A stretch of DNA of 64,000 nt from Candidatus Magasanikiibacteriota bacterium (GCA_016182085.1 JACOYB010000004.1:147923-211922); one strand, 5' to 3'. Counted from the first letter of the stretch, positions 8,766 to 20,002 are shown. Notes: a model not told the origin generated them from the letters alone. Numbers and translations: made by a program.

Positions 8766-11231
8766 TTACATTAGTGTCACACTCGCCACTCTGTCGCCAT
8801 CCTCTTTAAATCGCATCAGGCGGACGCCTTGGGTGGCGCGGCCGGAAGAATTGATTGATCCAAATGGCAGGCGAATTACCTGGCCTTTGGCCGACATGAT
8901 AAGCAAGTCTTTTTCTTTAAATTCCACAGCATCCACCACTTTGGCAAATGTTAAGTTGCCGGTCTTGGCTGTGATTTCGGCGGTTTTGATACCGCTGCCG
9001 CCGCGTCCTTGTACTTTATATTCATCCAGTTCCGTGCGTTTGCCCACGCCATTTTCACCGACGGTTAAAAATGCCAGACTTTTATTTTTCGGATCAACGA
9101 TATCCATGCCAATCACTTCATCGTTGCTTTTTAGCCGCATGCCGCGCACACCGCTGGCCGTGCGTCCCATCTCACGAACATCTTTTTCTTTGAAGCGAAT
9201 GGCCTGGCCTTGTTTGGTGGCAATCATAATTTCGTCGCTGCCGGTGCTTGGTTTTACCCATTCCAAATTATCGTCTAGCTTTAATTTTATGGCGATGAGG
9301 CCGCTGCGGCGAACATTGGCAAAATCCTCCAGAGCGGTTTTTTTGATATTGCCTTTGGTGGTGGTCATGACCAAATATTTAATATTTGTCATATCTTTCA
9401 TTCCGAGCAGAGCCGTAACTTTTTCGTTCGGCGCGAGCTGTAAAAAGTTTATCAGCGCTTGGCCTTTGGCAGTGCGGCTGGCTTGGGGGATATCATAGGC
9501 CATAAGCTGGAAGACACGGCCACGGTTGGTGAAAAATAGTATATTGTCGTGGGTATTGGTGCTTACCAGATTTTCCACGCTTTCTTCTTCTTTGGTGGTT
9601 ACACCAATGACACCCTTGCCGCCGCGGGATTGTTGGTGGAAAGTGTCCGGAGGCAACCGTTTGATATAACCATCCGAAGTTACCATAATAATAGTAGCTT
9701 CGTTTGGAATTAAATCTTCGGTCGTAAATTCTTTAATGCCATGGGCAATAATTTGGGTGCGTCTTGGCTGGCCGTATTTTTCTTTTATAGCTAAAGTTTC
9801 ATCCTTAATTATTTTTAGTATTTTGGCTTTTGAAGCAAGGATAGATTCTAGTTCTTTTATAAGGGCTTTCTTTTCTTTTAATTCATCTTCAATTTTTTGT
9901 CGTTCCAAGTTGGCTAGCTGTTGGAGTTTCATTTCCAAAATAGCCACGGCTTGGCGGTCGCTGAATTTGAATTTGGACATTAAATTGCTTTTGGCTTCTT
10001 CTTTGTCTTTGGAAGAACGGATAGTTTTAATGATCAAATCAATTTTATCCAGAGCCATGCTTAAACCCTCCAAAATATGGGCGCGGTCTTTGGCTTTGGC
10101 CAAATCATATTCGGTGCGGCGGCGGATAATTACTTGTCGGTGTTTAAGGAATTCTTCCAAAACATTTTTAATATTTAAAACTCTAGGTTGAATGCCGTCA
10201 ATTAAGGCCAGCATGTTGTAGTGGAACGTAGTTTGCAATTCTGTCATTTGGAACAACTTGTTCAACACTTTTTTCGGGTATGCGTCTTTTTTTAAATCAA
10301 TAACTACGCGTACGCCATCTTTGTTGGATTCATCGCGTAAATCTTTAATGCCTTCAATTTTTTTCTCCTGCACCAGATCGGCAATTTTTTCCAAGAGAGT
10401 TGCTTTGTTAATGTTATAGGGAACTTCGGTAATAACAATTTTAAATTGATCGGCTTTGCCTTCTTGGATTTCAGCTTTGGCACGTATCACAACGCCGCCT
10501 TTACCGGTAGAGTAAGCGGTTAAAATATCTTTTTTATTATAAATAATACCGCCGGTAGGGAAGTCCGGGCCTTTTATAAGCTCAGCCAATTCTTCTACGG
10601 AAGTATCCGGATCATCCATAAGTTTAGCCAGGCCGTCGCAGAGTTCGCTTAGGTTATGTGGAGGAATAGAGGTGGCCATACCAACTGCAATACCCATAGT
10701 GCCATTGAGCAGAAGATGTGGCAGTTTGGCTGGAAGAACAGTTGGTTCGGTATGGGAGCCGTCGTAGTTAGGAATAAAATCAACCGTTTCTTTTTCTATA
10801 TCAAACAGCATCTCTTCGGCCACGGCCATTAGTTTGGCTTCGGTATAACGCATGGCAGCGGCATTATCGCCATCCATGGAACCAAAGTTACCCTGGCCGT
10901 GTACGAGCGGGTAGCGCATGGAAAAATCTTGAGCCATACGTACCATGGCGTCGTATATGGAAGCATCGCCGTGCGGATGGTATTTGGCCATCACTTCACC
11001 GACCACGTGGGCGGATTTGCGGAAACGAGCGGTGTGGCGCAATCCAATATCCCACATTGCGTACAGTACGCGGCGATGTACGGGTTTTAATCCGTCTCGC
11101 ACATCCGGAAGCGCACGGGCCACGATCACGCTCATCGCGTATTCCAAATACGAAGTTTGCATTTCTTCTACCAGAGATGCTGGGGTAATAAGTCCAAATT
11201 CTTGAGGGTTAAGTTCTAGTTTTTCTTGCAT
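8766..11231 (-). CDS. gyrA: DNA gyrase subunit A
   Basis: [28 protein letters not shown] active-site region. GyrA-box-like QSRGGKG. 821 aa. Confidence 0.95.
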   Translation of the reverse strand: MQEKLELNPQEFGLITPASLVEEMQTSYLEYAMSVIVARALPDVRDGLKPVHRRVLYAMWDIGLRHTARFRKSAHVVGEVMAKYHPHGDASIYDAMVRMAQDFSMRYPLVHGQGNFGSMDGDNAAAMRYTEAKLMAVAEEMLFDIEKETVDFIPNYDGSHTEPTVLPAKLPHLLLNGTMGIAVGMATSIPPHNLSELCDGLAKLMDDPDTSVEELAELIKGPDFPTGGIIYNKKDILTAYSTGKGGVVIRAKAEIQEGKADQFKIVITEVPYNINKATLLEKIADLVQEKKIEGIKDLRDESNKDGVRVVIDLKKDAYPKKVLNKLFQMTELQTTFHYNMLALIDGIQPRVLNIKNVLEEFLKHRQVIIRRRTEYDLAKAKDRAHILEGLSMALDKIDLIIKTIRSSKDKEEAKSNLMSKFKFSDRQAVAILEMKLQQLANLERQKIEDELKEKKALIKELESILASKAKILKIIKDETLAIKEKYGQPRRTQIIAHGIKEFTTEDLIPNEATIIMVTSDGYIKRLPPDTFHQQSRGGKGVIGVTTKEEESVENLVSTNTHDNILFFTNRGRVFQLMAYDIPQASRTAKGQALINFLQLAPNEKVTALLGMKDMTNIKYLVMTTTKGNIKKTALEDFANVRRSGLIAIKLKLDDNLEWVKPSTGSDEIMIATKQGQAIRFKEKDVREMGRTASGVRGMRLKSNDEVIGMDIVDPKNKSLAFLTVGENGVGKRTELDEYKVQGRGGSGIKTAEITAKTGNLTFAKVVDAVEFKEKDLLIMSAKGQVIRLPFGSINSSGRATQGVRLMRFKEDGDRVASVTLM

Positions 11232-11240
11232 AAGGTATTA

Positions 11241-11669
11241 TTAATTTGTTTCTATGGTAGTGGTGGTTGCAGTCGTGCTGCTCGTTGTTTGGGTGGTGCT
11301 GGAAACAGTGGTGCTGTTTGTTTCGGCCATAAGTTTACCGAGCGTATCTTTAATTTGCATTTTCATCCGTTCATTTTTTATACGGCTCGCTTCATCATTA
11401 AACAGCGTGTTCCATTCTGTTTTGCTTGTATCAATTAATTTTTTTTCCGGTGTTTTATTCCAGCTAAATGATGCCAAGCTTATTTTTGTTGCCCATCCCC
11501 AGAGAATTAAGATGATTAATGTAAAAATTCCTACCCACAGCCACAACCATCTCTTTGCTCTGGCTCTGGCCTCATATTCTTTGGCCAGCTGTTCGGGGGT
11601 AGGCATTTGGGGGATAATTTGTTTTTTTCTCCTTGGCATACTATATTTGTTACTCTTTTTCCAGAACAA
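11241..11669 (-). CDS. Hypothetical small membrane protein with Ser/Thr-rich C-terminal tail
   Basis: One TM helix (WLWLWVGIFTLIILILWGW), Thr/Ser-rich end. Immediately upstream of gyrA in the same orientation. The overlapping plus-strand ORF 11254-11868 looks like its antisense artefact. Confidence 0.45.
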   Translation of the reverse strand: MFWKKSNKYSMPRRKKQIIPQMPTPEQLAKEYEARARAKRWLWLWVGIFTLIILILWGWATKISLASFSWNKTPEKKLIDTSKTEWNTLFNDEASRIKNERMKMQIKDTLGKLMAETNSTTVSSTTQTTSSTTATTTTIETN

Positions 11670-12288
11670 TCATTTTGGTTTCTTCTTGGGGCAGGTCTTT
11701 TTTCTTGATAATTACTTTTCTTTCGCCGGATTCAGGTTTAAGTCCCATTTCTTTCACAAAAGCGGTAATCGGAGCTGCGTCCGGATCCGTATCGCAATTA
11801 TACGCGATCGGAATTATCATTCGCGGTTCAAGCGTAGTGGCCAGCGCCGCGGCAGCTTTAGCATCTAAATAATTTTGTCCGCCGCCCACCGGAATAAACA
11901 AAATATCCGGACTCATAATTTTTTCCATATGTTCGGTTGGGGGAGCGGATTTTAGTCTGCCTAAATGTACAATATTCAAACCCTCAGCGTTTAGTTTATA
12001 GATAACATCGGTATCAGATCCGGGTACGGCGTAGATCATCAGATTTTTTACTTCCATCTCACCTAATGAATTAACTACAAACGCGCCTTGAGAAATGGTG
12101 GCCGCATTATCAAGCCCCTGGGAAAATAGGGCAACATCCGGGCTAAAGCTGCGAGGGAAGTCTCCCTTTTTTGGCTTATAGGCATCTAGTAAGACCGTAA
12201 TATCCTTATCCAAATTTTTTGTTTGCAATTTAACGCATGTTTGTCCGAGCCAGCTTATATGCATAGGTATTTTTAATGAAATCACCAC
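11650..12288 (-). CDS. Metallo-beta-lactamase-fold hydrolase (UlaG/COG2220-like)
   Basis: ISWLGQTCVKLQT...ITVLLDAY N-terminal strand pattern and overall length typical of small MBL-fold hydrolases. Family-level call only. Confidence 0.5.
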   Translation of the reverse strand: MVISLKIPMHISWLGQTCVKLQTKNLDKDITVLLDAYKPKKGDFPRSFSPDVALFSQGLDNAATISQGAFVVNSLGEMEVKNLMIYAVPGSDTDVIYKLNAEGLNIVHLGRLKSAPPTEHMEKIMSPDILFIPVGGGQNYLDAKAAAALATTLEPRMIIPIAYNCDTDPDAAPITAFVKEMGLKPESGERKVIIKKKDLPQEETKMIVLEKE

Positions 12289-12503
12289 CTAAAGTAGGGG
12301 GTGAAAGGCTATATAAAAGTTAGGTATATTTTATCATTCCGTAGGCCGCTTTGCAAGTGGGTCGCGGCCCTGAAATCATTGACAATTAGTGGTAATTATG
12401 TTCCTTCTGTGATAGAATCTGAAAACTGTTAAATTTATTACAAAAGGTTGAGAAGTCTGTAACTTTATAAGTTTTAGTGGGTATCTATATAGATATAGGG
12501 GGG

Positions 12504-12532
12504 TTGACAAAAGGCGGGTTTTGTGGTATCAT
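12504..12532 (+). promoter_or_regulatory. Consensus sigma70-like promoter for the surface-protein cluster
   Basis: TTGACAAAA -35 (12504-12509), 17-bp spacer, TATCAT -10 (12527-12532). Confidence 0.5.
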
Positions 12533-12568
12533 TCCCAGTTAATTTTTTAAAAATAATTCAAGCAATAT

Positions 12569-15268
12569 ATGCAAAAAATGAAGAAAAGAGCACAGCAATT
12601 TGTCAGCGTCTTAGCGCTGGCTTCTTTGGTTTTTGGTTTAAGCGCAACGGCTTTGCCTCAGGCGGCTAAAGCCGCAGGTGAAGATTTTGCGGTCGGTTTT
12701 AATTATGAAAATAGTTATGGCACCGAAGGTCTTACCACCGACATAGAGTTAGTGGTGGCAGACAATAATCAGGCCGGCACACACGGAGAAATCACAGTTA
12801 CTTATCAAATAGATTTTTCAGGCAATTTATATTCAAATCCTATCACCCCGGCTTCTTCTGGAGATTTTACGGTTAATGGGTTTTATACTTCTAGTGGCAC
12901 CATAACTATTCCTGCAGATCAAAATTCTGTTTTCGTTCAAATTCAAAATGTTAATGATACGTTTGCGGAGCAAGAGGAGTCTTTTGTTATAACGATTCTG
13001 GATGCTCAAATCTCGGGAGGAGATACTGTTAGAGTTGCGAGAGCCGGCGGCGCTGCTGATATGCCATACCCTAGCCACATGCATTTTATTGTAGACAATG
13101 ATAATCCCGAATTAAGCGTTGCCGATTCTTCTCAGGGTGGCAACACCTTTGCGCTTGAGGACCAAGGACAGGGTACATTCAAAGTATTACTTTCTACCAT
13201 TTCCACAAGCGATATAACTTTTGATTGGTCAGTTCAAGATAACACGGCCACATATTTGGAAGACTATTCTATTGCCGGAGGCAGCGCGACTATTCCAGCC
13301 GGTGAAACTTCTACCACTCTTAGTATTGGCGTGCTTGATGATGATTTAAATGAAAATAATGAAGAAATAGTATCTATTATTCTTTCCAACCCAACTAATG
13401 CTGTTTTAGGATCTAACTACGCAAGAATATATTACATTATTGACAATGAAGATATTAAGGTTGGTTTTTCCACTAACTCTGGCTCTGGATTAGAAAATGT
13501 AGGCACAGTTCCGCTGACTATCAATCTTAATTTTGTAAGCAATAACGAAGTTACAGCCGATATATCTATTGAAGAACCCGGTAGCAGTCCTGCCAGCACT
13601 CCGAGTGATTTCGTTTTGGAAAATTCCAGCGTTGTATTTCCAGCCGGCACTACTTCTACGGTTGTTAATCTTATCATCGTAGATGATAATTTACAGGAAT
13701 CAGATGAATTTATCTGGCTTGTCATTAGAAACCAAACAAATGGCGGCGATATTATCGGAGTTGGTCCAAATTCTTCTTTTGGCTATACTATCCAAGACAA
13801 TGGTGATGTAAATAATACGCCAACCCTAAATCTTTCGGCTGCTACTGCTTCCGGAATGGAAAATGAGCCAGGAACGTTCACTGTATCTATGGACGCAGTT
13901 TCAACTGAAAATGTAACTTTCCAATGGAAAACAGATGGCGGCACCGCTTCTATAGTACCTACCACAGTTGGCACAACCGTATTCCCAGCTGACTATACTG
14001 GCTCGGCTACGTTTGCCACGGCCACAATTCCAGCCGGATCATTATCAACAACTATAAGTTTAAATGTTTCTGATGACAGCCTAGCTGAACAAGATGAAAC
14101 TTTTGAAATTACTATTGCCAGTGCCAGTGGCGCAACTATTGGCCCGGTAAATACTCAGACATACACAATCAATGAAAATGATTTTGTAAACGCGCAGTTT
14201 GAATCAGCCGCTTCTTCGGGATCTGAATCCACCGGTTCGGCAAATCTTAATATCGTTTTGTCTAATGTGAGCGATAGGGAAGTGAAAGTATATGTTGAAA
14301 ATACAGCTTCCAGCACGGCTACCTTTGGTACCGAATGGCAAATGGCCAGCGGTACTGTTGTCTTTGCCCCGGGTGAAACTTCCAAACCAATCGGTTTAAC
14401 TATTGTTGATGATGGCGATCAAGAATCTTCTGAAACTGCCGTGGTTGCTTTAACTGGCTCGAGTATCGGCGGCGTGTCGGGCATCTTAACTCATACTTAT
14501 ACTATTACTGATAACGATACTCCTTCTGGATCAGGCGGCGGCAGCGGAGGATCAGGCGGCGGAGGAGGCGGTGGATCTGGTATAGCTTTACCTACCACTC
14601 CAACCGGATCCGGTTTTGCTGGAGAGGCTCAGAGTGTGCGTGTGGAAAGCGTAACCACAGTTGGTGATACAAATTTTGCTAACTTGGTCTTAGCTGGCGG
14701 TACCGCGGTTCGTATGGCAATTTCTAACAGCCTTGGTTTTGAAAATGCTGTTTCGGAATCATATAAGACGAGCGCAATCTGGAAACTTTCTTCCGGCGCT
14801 GGTACAAAAACTGTGTATGTTAAATTCTTCAACAATGCCGGCTTTGCCTCTGCGATCGTAAGTACGACCGTAACAGTTGGCGGAAGTATTGGCGGTGGAG
14901 AAGTGCTCGGTGTACAAATCAGCTTACTTGATGAGTTGATTGCTAAGTTGAAAGCCGGCACAACTAGTGATGAAGTTAGACAATTACAAGTAGAATTGCA
15001 AAAGAAAGGTTACTTTACCAAGAATTTTAGACCTACCAGATTTTATGGCGCAATGACCAGAGCGGCTGTAGCCAGATATTTGGCTGATAAAATGACTGTA
15101 GATGAATTAGTTGCCGCCTTAAAATTGGGCAATCGCGGCGCTTTGGTAAGTAAATTGCAAACTGAACTTAAAAAATTAGGTTTCTTCCCGGCCAATATGG
15201 CGGCCACCGGTTACTTTGGTTTGGTAACCAAGGCTTCCGTAACCAAGTACCTAGCTTCCAAAAATTAA
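12569..15268 (+). CDS. Secreted Calx-beta-repeat surface protein with Gly/Ser linker and two C-terminal peptidoglycan-binding (PG_binding_1-like) domains
   Basis: Signal peptide. Repeated modules ending ...PAGETSTTLSIGVLDDDLNENNEEIVSIILSNPTNAVLG (Calx-beta signature). (GGS)n linker at about 14527-14580. C-terminal repeats LQVELQKKGYF...FYGAMTRAAVARYL. Confidence 0.75.
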   Translation: MQKMKKRAQQFVSVLALASLVFGLSATALPQAAKAAGEDFAVGFNYENSYGTEGLTTDIELVVADNNQAGTHGEITVTYQIDFSGNLYSNPITPASSGDFTVNGFYTSSGTITIPADQNSVFVQIQNVNDTFAEQEESFVITILDAQISGGDTVRVARAGGAADMPYPSHMHFIVDNDNPELSVADSSQGGNTFALEDQGQGTFKVLLSTISTSDITFDWSVQDNTATYLEDYSIAGGSATIPAGETSTTLSIGVLDDDLNENNEEIVSIILSNPTNAVLGSNYARIYYIIDNEDIKVGFSTNSGSGLENVGTVPLTINLNFVSNNEVTADISIEEPGSSPASTPSDFVLENSSVVFPAGTTSTVVNLIIVDDNLQESDEFIWLVIRNQTNGGDIIGVGPNSSFGYTIQDNGDVNNTPTLNLSAATASGMENEPGTFTVSMDAVSTENVTFQWKTDGGTASIVPTTVGTTVFPADYTGSATFATATIPAGSLSTTISLNVSDDSLAEQDETFEITIASASGATIGPVNTQTYTINENDFVNAQFESAASSGSESTGSANLNIVLSNVSDREVKVYVENTASSTATFGTEWQMASGTVVFAPGETSKPIGLTIVDDGDQESSETAVVALTGSSIGGVSGILTHTYTITDNDTPSGSGGGSGGSGGGGGGGSGIALPTTPTGSGFAGEAQSVRVESVTTVGDTNFANLVLAGGTAVRMAISNSLGFENAVSESYKTSAIWKLSSGAGTKTVYVKFFNNAGFASAIVSTTVTVGGSIGGGEVLGVQISLLDELIAKLKAGTTSDEVRQLQVELQKKGYFTKNFRPTRFYGAMTRAAVARYLADKMTVDELVAALKLGNRGALVSKLQTELKKLGFFPANMAATGYFGLVTKASVTKYLASKN

Positions 15269-15292
15269 ATTAAGTCTTAATATATTAATTAT

Positions 15293-16999
15293 ATGCAAGA
15301 CAACAAACTATCCGTAGGAAAAAAAGTCTTGGCGGCTGCTTTTTTGATGCTTGGTTTGGTAATTATGCCAAAACCCGCATCTGCCGCGGCAAACCAAGTT
15401 GATGTCTCTGTAAGTACAAATTCCGTTGCGGAAGGAAATGTGGTAACTTTTACATTTACCACGGCACGCGCCGCGGTAGGGAATATTGACATTAGTTATA
15501 ATTTAACCGGCGAGGCAAATGCTGCCAGTGATTATACGTTTAATAATTCTGCCAGCTTCAGCGGTGTTGTTAGAATTGATAATGGTAATTCAACTGCCGC
15601 AGTTACGCTTACGACCACTCAAGATGTGGCTGTAGAAAATGATGAGGGCATAGCTTTTACAGTTGCCGGTGTTGCTAATCTTGATGATCCGGAAGGCGCC
15701 AATTTTAACTCCGCTCACGCTACGACCAATCTTATAATTGTAGATGACGACAGCCAGTACAAACTATTTTTTACAGCTTCATCTTCTATCATGAACGAAA
15801 GTGAAGGCCCGATGTTTTTTACGGTTTCACTTTCTAACGCCGCGCCAACCGAGGTTACATTTTTATGGAACACATTTCTTAACTCCACGGTGAACTCTAC
15901 TACCGCTTCCGGCTATGCCGCTATGGACGGAGACTTTACCGGCGGTTCGGCAGATTATGTTTTAGTAACTATCCCTATTGGCCAAACTTCTGCTCCGATT
16001 ACGCTTAATGTTACCGAAGATACTCTAGACGAATTTAATGAGGTGGTACTTATGACTATCTCATCTCCAACTGGCGCAACACTCGGCTCTGTTACTCAAC
16101 GCACAGTTACGATTGAAGACAATGATACGACTTTGGTATCTTTCTCCCAAGCGACCTCTTCTGATAACGAAGGTGTAACTGCTCGCAAAGCACAACTTTC
16201 TTTATCTACGCTGAGCGACCATGATGTAACCGCTAGCATTGAGGCAGTTGCGGCACAAAGCACTGCTGAACTCGGAACTGATTGGCAAGTGCCTGTAACT
16301 GCCTGGGTTATTCCAGCTGGTCAATTGACTAAAGATGCGGAAGTAACGGTTATAGATGATTCAGCCGAAGAAGCAGACGAGACGGCTATGATTCGTATCG
16401 CTACAGTTGGTGACGGTGGTTTAGGGGTAAGTACAACCCATGCTTTTATTATTACTGCTAACGATACTCCAACTCCGGCAAGTGGCGGCGCGTATGGCAC
16501 AGCTATTCCTCAAAGCACTGCTTCCGTGGGTGGCGTACCGGCTGGTTCGGTAGTGGTTGCTCCTCCAGATACAGTTCCTCCGGCAATTGAGATTCCGACT
16601 GTTCCAGCTCCGACCACTCCTTCCGGAGAAGTCTTGGGTGTACAGGTATCTTTGGTAGATGAATTAATTGTTAAGTTAAACCCGGGCCAGGTTAGTGATG
16701 AAGTAAGAATATTGCAAACTGAACTTCAAAAACTCGGATTTTTCCGCGCGACATTTAAGCCAACCAGATATTATGGCCCTATGACCAGAGCCGCCGTAAA
16801 TGGGTATTTGGACGGCCGCGCCGATGCTATGACCTTGGATGAACTAGTGGCCATATTAAAATTTGGTCACAGAAATAATGCCGTGAAAAAATTACAAAAC
16901 CAACTTAAGATATTATTTTTCTTTCCGGCCACGGTAAGATCTACCGGTTACTTTGGCGTAATTACCAAAGCATCCGTAGCTAAATACAAGAATAGATAA
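15293..16999 (+). CDS. Secreted Calx-beta-repeat protein with two C-terminal peptidoglycan-binding domains (paralog of 12569-15268)
   Basis: Signal peptide. Calx-beta-like modules (IPIGQTSAPITLNVTEDTLDEFNEVVLMTISSPTGATLG). C-terminal ILQTELQKLGFF...YYGPMTRAAVNGYL repeats. Confidence 0.75.
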   Translation: MQDNKLSVGKKVLAAAFLMLGLVIMPKPASAAANQVDVSVSTNSVAEGNVVTFTFTTARAAVGNIDISYNLTGEANAASDYTFNNSASFSGVVRIDNGNSTAAVTLTTTQDVAVENDEGIAFTVAGVANLDDPEGANFNSAHATTNLIIVDDDSQYKLFFTASSSIMNESEGPMFFTVSLSNAAPTEVTFLWNTFLNSTVNSTTASGYAAMDGDFTGGSADYVLVTIPIGQTSAPITLNVTEDTLDEFNEVVLMTISSPTGATLGSVTQRTVTIEDNDTTLVSFSQATSSDNEGVTARKAQLSLSTLSDHDVTASIEAVAAQSTAELGTDWQVPVTAWVIPAGQLTKDAEVTVIDDSAEEADETAMIRIATVGDGGLGVSTTHAFIITANDTPTPASGGAYGTAIPQSTASVGGVPAGSVVVAPPDTVPPAIEIPTVPAPTTPSGEVLGVQVSLVDELIVKLNPGQVSDEVRILQTELQKLGFFRATFKPTRYYGPMTRAAVNGYLDGRADAMTLDELVAILKFGHRNNAVKKLQNQLKILFFFPATVRSTGYFGVITKASVAKYKNR

Positions 17000-17029
17000 A
17001 AGGGGTGGATAGACAAATCATAACAAGAA

Positions 17030-17063
17030 TAAGCAAAAATCCACCCGGTAATTAAGGTGGATT
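17030..17063 (+). terminator. Terminator hairpin after the second Calx-beta gene
   Basis: AAAAATCCACCcggtaattaaGGTGGATTTTT. Confidence 0.55.
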
Positions 17064-17106
17064 TTTGTCTAATCCGGGGTATGGTATAATAAATGTATAG
17101 CTTCAT

Positions 17107-18081
17107 ATGGACTTTGGAAACATGAAAAAAGTATTCAAAAAATATTTTATTCCGCACCACGAGAATAATTTTCACCCGCATATTCTGCATACCAAGCGCG
17201 CGGTTTTTTATGGCCTGGTATTTTTACTAACCAAAGGCATCATGGTAGCTTTTGTACTACTGCTTCCAATTGGAGCGTTTGTGCTTCCCGATGTTTTGGC
17301 CGAGGAACAAAGGCAGATTGTGGCCCTAACAAACAAAGTCCGCCAGGAAAAAAATTTACCTGCTTTAGTTGTTTCCGAAAAGCTGGGTGTATCGGCGCAA
17401 AATAAAGCGGACGATATGGCGCAAAAGAGCTATTTTGCTCATGTAAACGACCAAAAAAGCCTCTCTACCTGGCTTAAAGGCGCGGGGTATTCATACGAAG
17501 TAGCCGGAGAAAATTTGGCCGTAGGGTTTAGCACGGCTGAACAAATTATTACAGCCTGGAAAAATAGCCCAACTCATTATGATAATTTAGTGGATTCTGA
17601 TTTTAAGGATTTAGGCATAGGACTCGCTGGCGGAGAGTACAAAGGCAGAGCTGTAATCTTTATCGCTCAGCACTTAGCTTTGCCAATAGCGGTTGCAAAA
17701 ATAGAGAAACCCGTTGTTAAAAAAGAAGCAGTTAAAAAGTCTCCGGTGACTGGAACAAAGGCGGCAGTTTCTTCTCAAAAGAATAACCCGGCCAGCTCAT
17801 CGGTTTTGTCCGGCAGAATTAAAAATTCAGATGAAACAGAGCTTGCCGTAATAAATACAGATCAGCCAACGCCGGTGGAAAAATATATACAAGCCAAGCA
17901 GGTATTATCTCCGCTCACCAATATATTTAGCGTTTCTCAAACTATTTATTTCTGGGCCATGATATTTTTTGGTTCAGCTCTGCTGCTGAGCGTACTTATC
18001 AATATGCGCAGACAGCGCGGCCATATAGTTGCTCAAACTGCCGGCCTGCTAACTTTACTATTTGTTTTTTGGAAATTTTAA
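17107..18081 (+). CDS. CAP/SCP/PR1-like (YkwD-like) domain protein with N- and C-terminal TM helices
   Basis: CAP-domain motifs (NKVRQEKNLPAL, SYFAHVN, ITAWKNSPTHYDNLV). Hydrophobic N-terminal and C-terminal segments. Confidence 0.7.
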   Translation: MDFGNMKKVFKKYFIPHHENNFHPHILHTKRAVFYGLVFLLTKGIMVAFVLLLPIGAFVLPDVLAEEQRQIVALTNKVRQEKNLPALVVSEKLGVSAQNKADDMAQKSYFAHVNDQKSLSTWLKGAGYSYEVAGENLAVGFSTAEQIITAWKNSPTHYDNLVDSDFKDLGIGLAGGEYKGRAVIFIAQHLALPIAVAKIEKPVVKKEAVKKSPVTGTKAAVSSQKNNPASSSVLSGRIKNSDETELAVINTDQPTPVEKYIQAKQVLSPLTNIFSVSQTIYFWAMIFFGSALLLSVLINMRRQRGHIVAQTAGLLTLLFVFWKF

Positions 18082-18100
18082 TTCTTAATTTAATTGTCCT

Positions 18101-19978
18101 ATGCAAAAAGCAATTAAAAACAATTTTATCATCGGAGCCTTTTTTGTTTTAAGTTTGTTGTTTTTGCCAAAACCAACCGCAGCCGCTCCTCTGGCAAATC
18201 TCGGATTTCAAACATCGGCGGCTTCAACGGCAGAAGGCAATGTCAACATGGTTAATTTTGTGTTGGATAATAATTCCTTTAGTTTAGGCGATCTTACTGT
18301 AAATTATACGATTAGCGGCACCGCCTCTGCCGATGACTATGCCTTTGCCGGAGTTTCTGGGAGTGGTTCAGTGCAAATTAGCCAAGGCGGTATTATGCTC
18401 GCGCCGTTAGAGTTGTTTGATGATGGCGGTTTGGAAGGAAATGAAACCGTGATTATTACCATTACTTCCATTGTTTCTTCCAACGGGTCAGAAGTGGGAG
18501 TTGATCAAAATAAAAAGGTGTTTACTCAAACTATTGTTGATAATAATAATCCGCCAGCGGTAAGCTTTGAATTTTTTGCCTTCGCGGCTCAAGAAAATAT
18601 TCCAGCCACAGTAAAAGTTAATTTGTCCCATACTTCTAATTTTAACGTTACGTTCCAGTGGAGATTAAACCCTGCTTCAACTACGGCTTCGGCTATGCCT
18701 GTAACCATAGGCGGTAATACTTTTCCGGCGGATTTTACTAACGGCCCTTCGGGTTGGGTAACTACCACCATACCTTCCGGTCAAACTTTTGTAATAATAG
18801 ACCTTGGAGTTCAAGAGGATAATTTGTTTGAAGATGTTGAATATATAAGAATAGATTTAGGAGGCAATTTAAAGAACGCTGTCTACGGATCATGGACTTC
18901 TCATCTGTATCAAATAAGCGACAATGATTTGCCTACGGTTTCGTTTCAAGCCGGATCTTCTTCCGGGCAAGAAAGTCTGGCTTCCCCAAGCTTTTCTGTG
19001 GTTTTATCCAATCCGTCAAAATTTGATACCGGAGTAGAAATTGTGAGCGCCGCGGGCGGTACTGCTCAGAAAGGCGATTTGTCTGCAGCGGGTAATGATT
19101 GGAATTTGCCATCAGGCATGTTTACAGTTCCGGCCGGACAAACATCTGCTAATTTTAGCATTTCCGTAAAAGACGATAGCGAGCAAGAAACAAACGAGAC
19201 CGCGGTGCTTTATATGGAAAGCACTCAAGGCGCAACTTTTGGCCAATACCGCACGCTTACTTATACTATTATGGATAATGATGTTCCTGGCTCTGGGTCA
19301 GGTAGTGGTGGGGGTGGTGGATCAGGCAGCGGCAGTGGAACTGGGGGGAGTATGCCCGGCCCGTCGTGTCCGGTTTTAAATGTGGGCGATATGGTAAAAG
19401 TCATAAACAAGCCGGCTATTTATGTGGTTAATAGATTGTCAAAAATAATGTATTTCCCATCCGGAGACGAATTTAAGAGTTGGAACCAGAACGAAAGCTA
19501 TGGTGGATATAAAACCATAGATCAGGCATGCTTTGATTCTTTGCCAGCTCCAACCGCATATCCGGGCGGAATTAATTTTAGGCCAGGTTCGTATGTTATA
19601 AAAAAAGATACCTCCAGCCAGCTGTATGCGGTTTTGCCAAATAATACTATTGCCAAAATTAGTTCGGCAGAAGCGACTGCTTTGTATGGCGCAAATTATA
19701 AAGTAATGATTGTAAAATCGGTTTTCTGGCCAAATTATGTAACTATGGTGGCGGATATTTCTACCAAAGCGCACGCGGGTATGTTGGTTAAGAAAGACAA
19801 CAAAACTTGGTATGTTGATGGTGCAAACTTGCGAGAAGTTACTTCGGCCGGCATGACTGCGAATAGGTTTAAGAATGCTTTTGTGCGAACCGTGCCAAGT
19901 TCGTATCTGAGCCCGTTTGGAACGGGTGCGCTCATTGATGGAGAAGTGGCGGATATTGCCAATAGAACACAATTATAA
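18101..19978 (+). CDS. Secreted Calx-beta-repeat surface protein with Gly/Ser linker and distinct C-terminal domain (paralog)
   Basis: Signal peptide. Calx-beta-like modules (VPAGQTSANFSISVKDDSEQETNETAVLYMESTQGATFG). GSGSGSGGGGGSGSGSG linker. About 200-aa C-terminal domain of unknown family. Confidence 0.7.
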   Translation: MQKAIKNNFIIGAFFVLSLLFLPKPTAAAPLANLGFQTSAASTAEGNVNMVNFVLDNNSFSLGDLTVNYTISGTASADDYAFAGVSGSGSVQISQGGIMLAPLELFDDGGLEGNETVIITITSIVSSNGSEVGVDQNKKVFTQTIVDNNNPPAVSFEFFAFAAQENIPATVKVNLSHTSNFNVTFQWRLNPASTTASAMPVTIGGNTFPADFTNGPSGWVTTTIPSGQTFVIIDLGVQEDNLFEDVEYIRIDLGGNLKNAVYGSWTSHLYQISDNDLPTVSFQAGSSSGQESLASPSFSVVLSNPSKFDTGVEIVSAAGGTAQKGDLSAAGNDWNLPSGMFTVPAGQTSANFSISVKDDSEQETNETAVLYMESTQGATFGQYRTLTYTIMDNDVPGSGSGSGGGGGSGSGSGTGGSMPGPSCPVLNVGDMVKVINKPAIYVVNRLSKIMYFPSGDEFKSWNQNESYGGYKTIDQACFDSLPAPTAYPGGINFRPGSYVIKKDTSSQLYAVLPNNTIAKISSAEATALYGANYKVMIVKSVFWPNYVTMVADISTKAHAGMLVKKDNKTWYVDGANLREVTSAGMTANRFKNAFVRTVPSSYLSPFGTGALIDGEVADIANRTQL

Positions 19979-20002
19979 GAATTAACAACCAAAAAACACC
20001 CA

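Noticed and set aside
8710-9498. 262-aa plus-strand ORF and other long ORFs antisense to gyrA, clpC, radA, dnaE, etc.
   Set aside because: - They lie fully inside well-supported genes on the opposite strand, for example gyrA, which has canonical motifs.
- They carry no RBS or motif support.
14527-14580. (GGN)n simple repeat as a standalone repeat feature or contingency locus
   Set aside because: - It encodes the Gly/Ser interdomain linker of the Calx-beta protein in frame.
- It was kept as part of the CDS.
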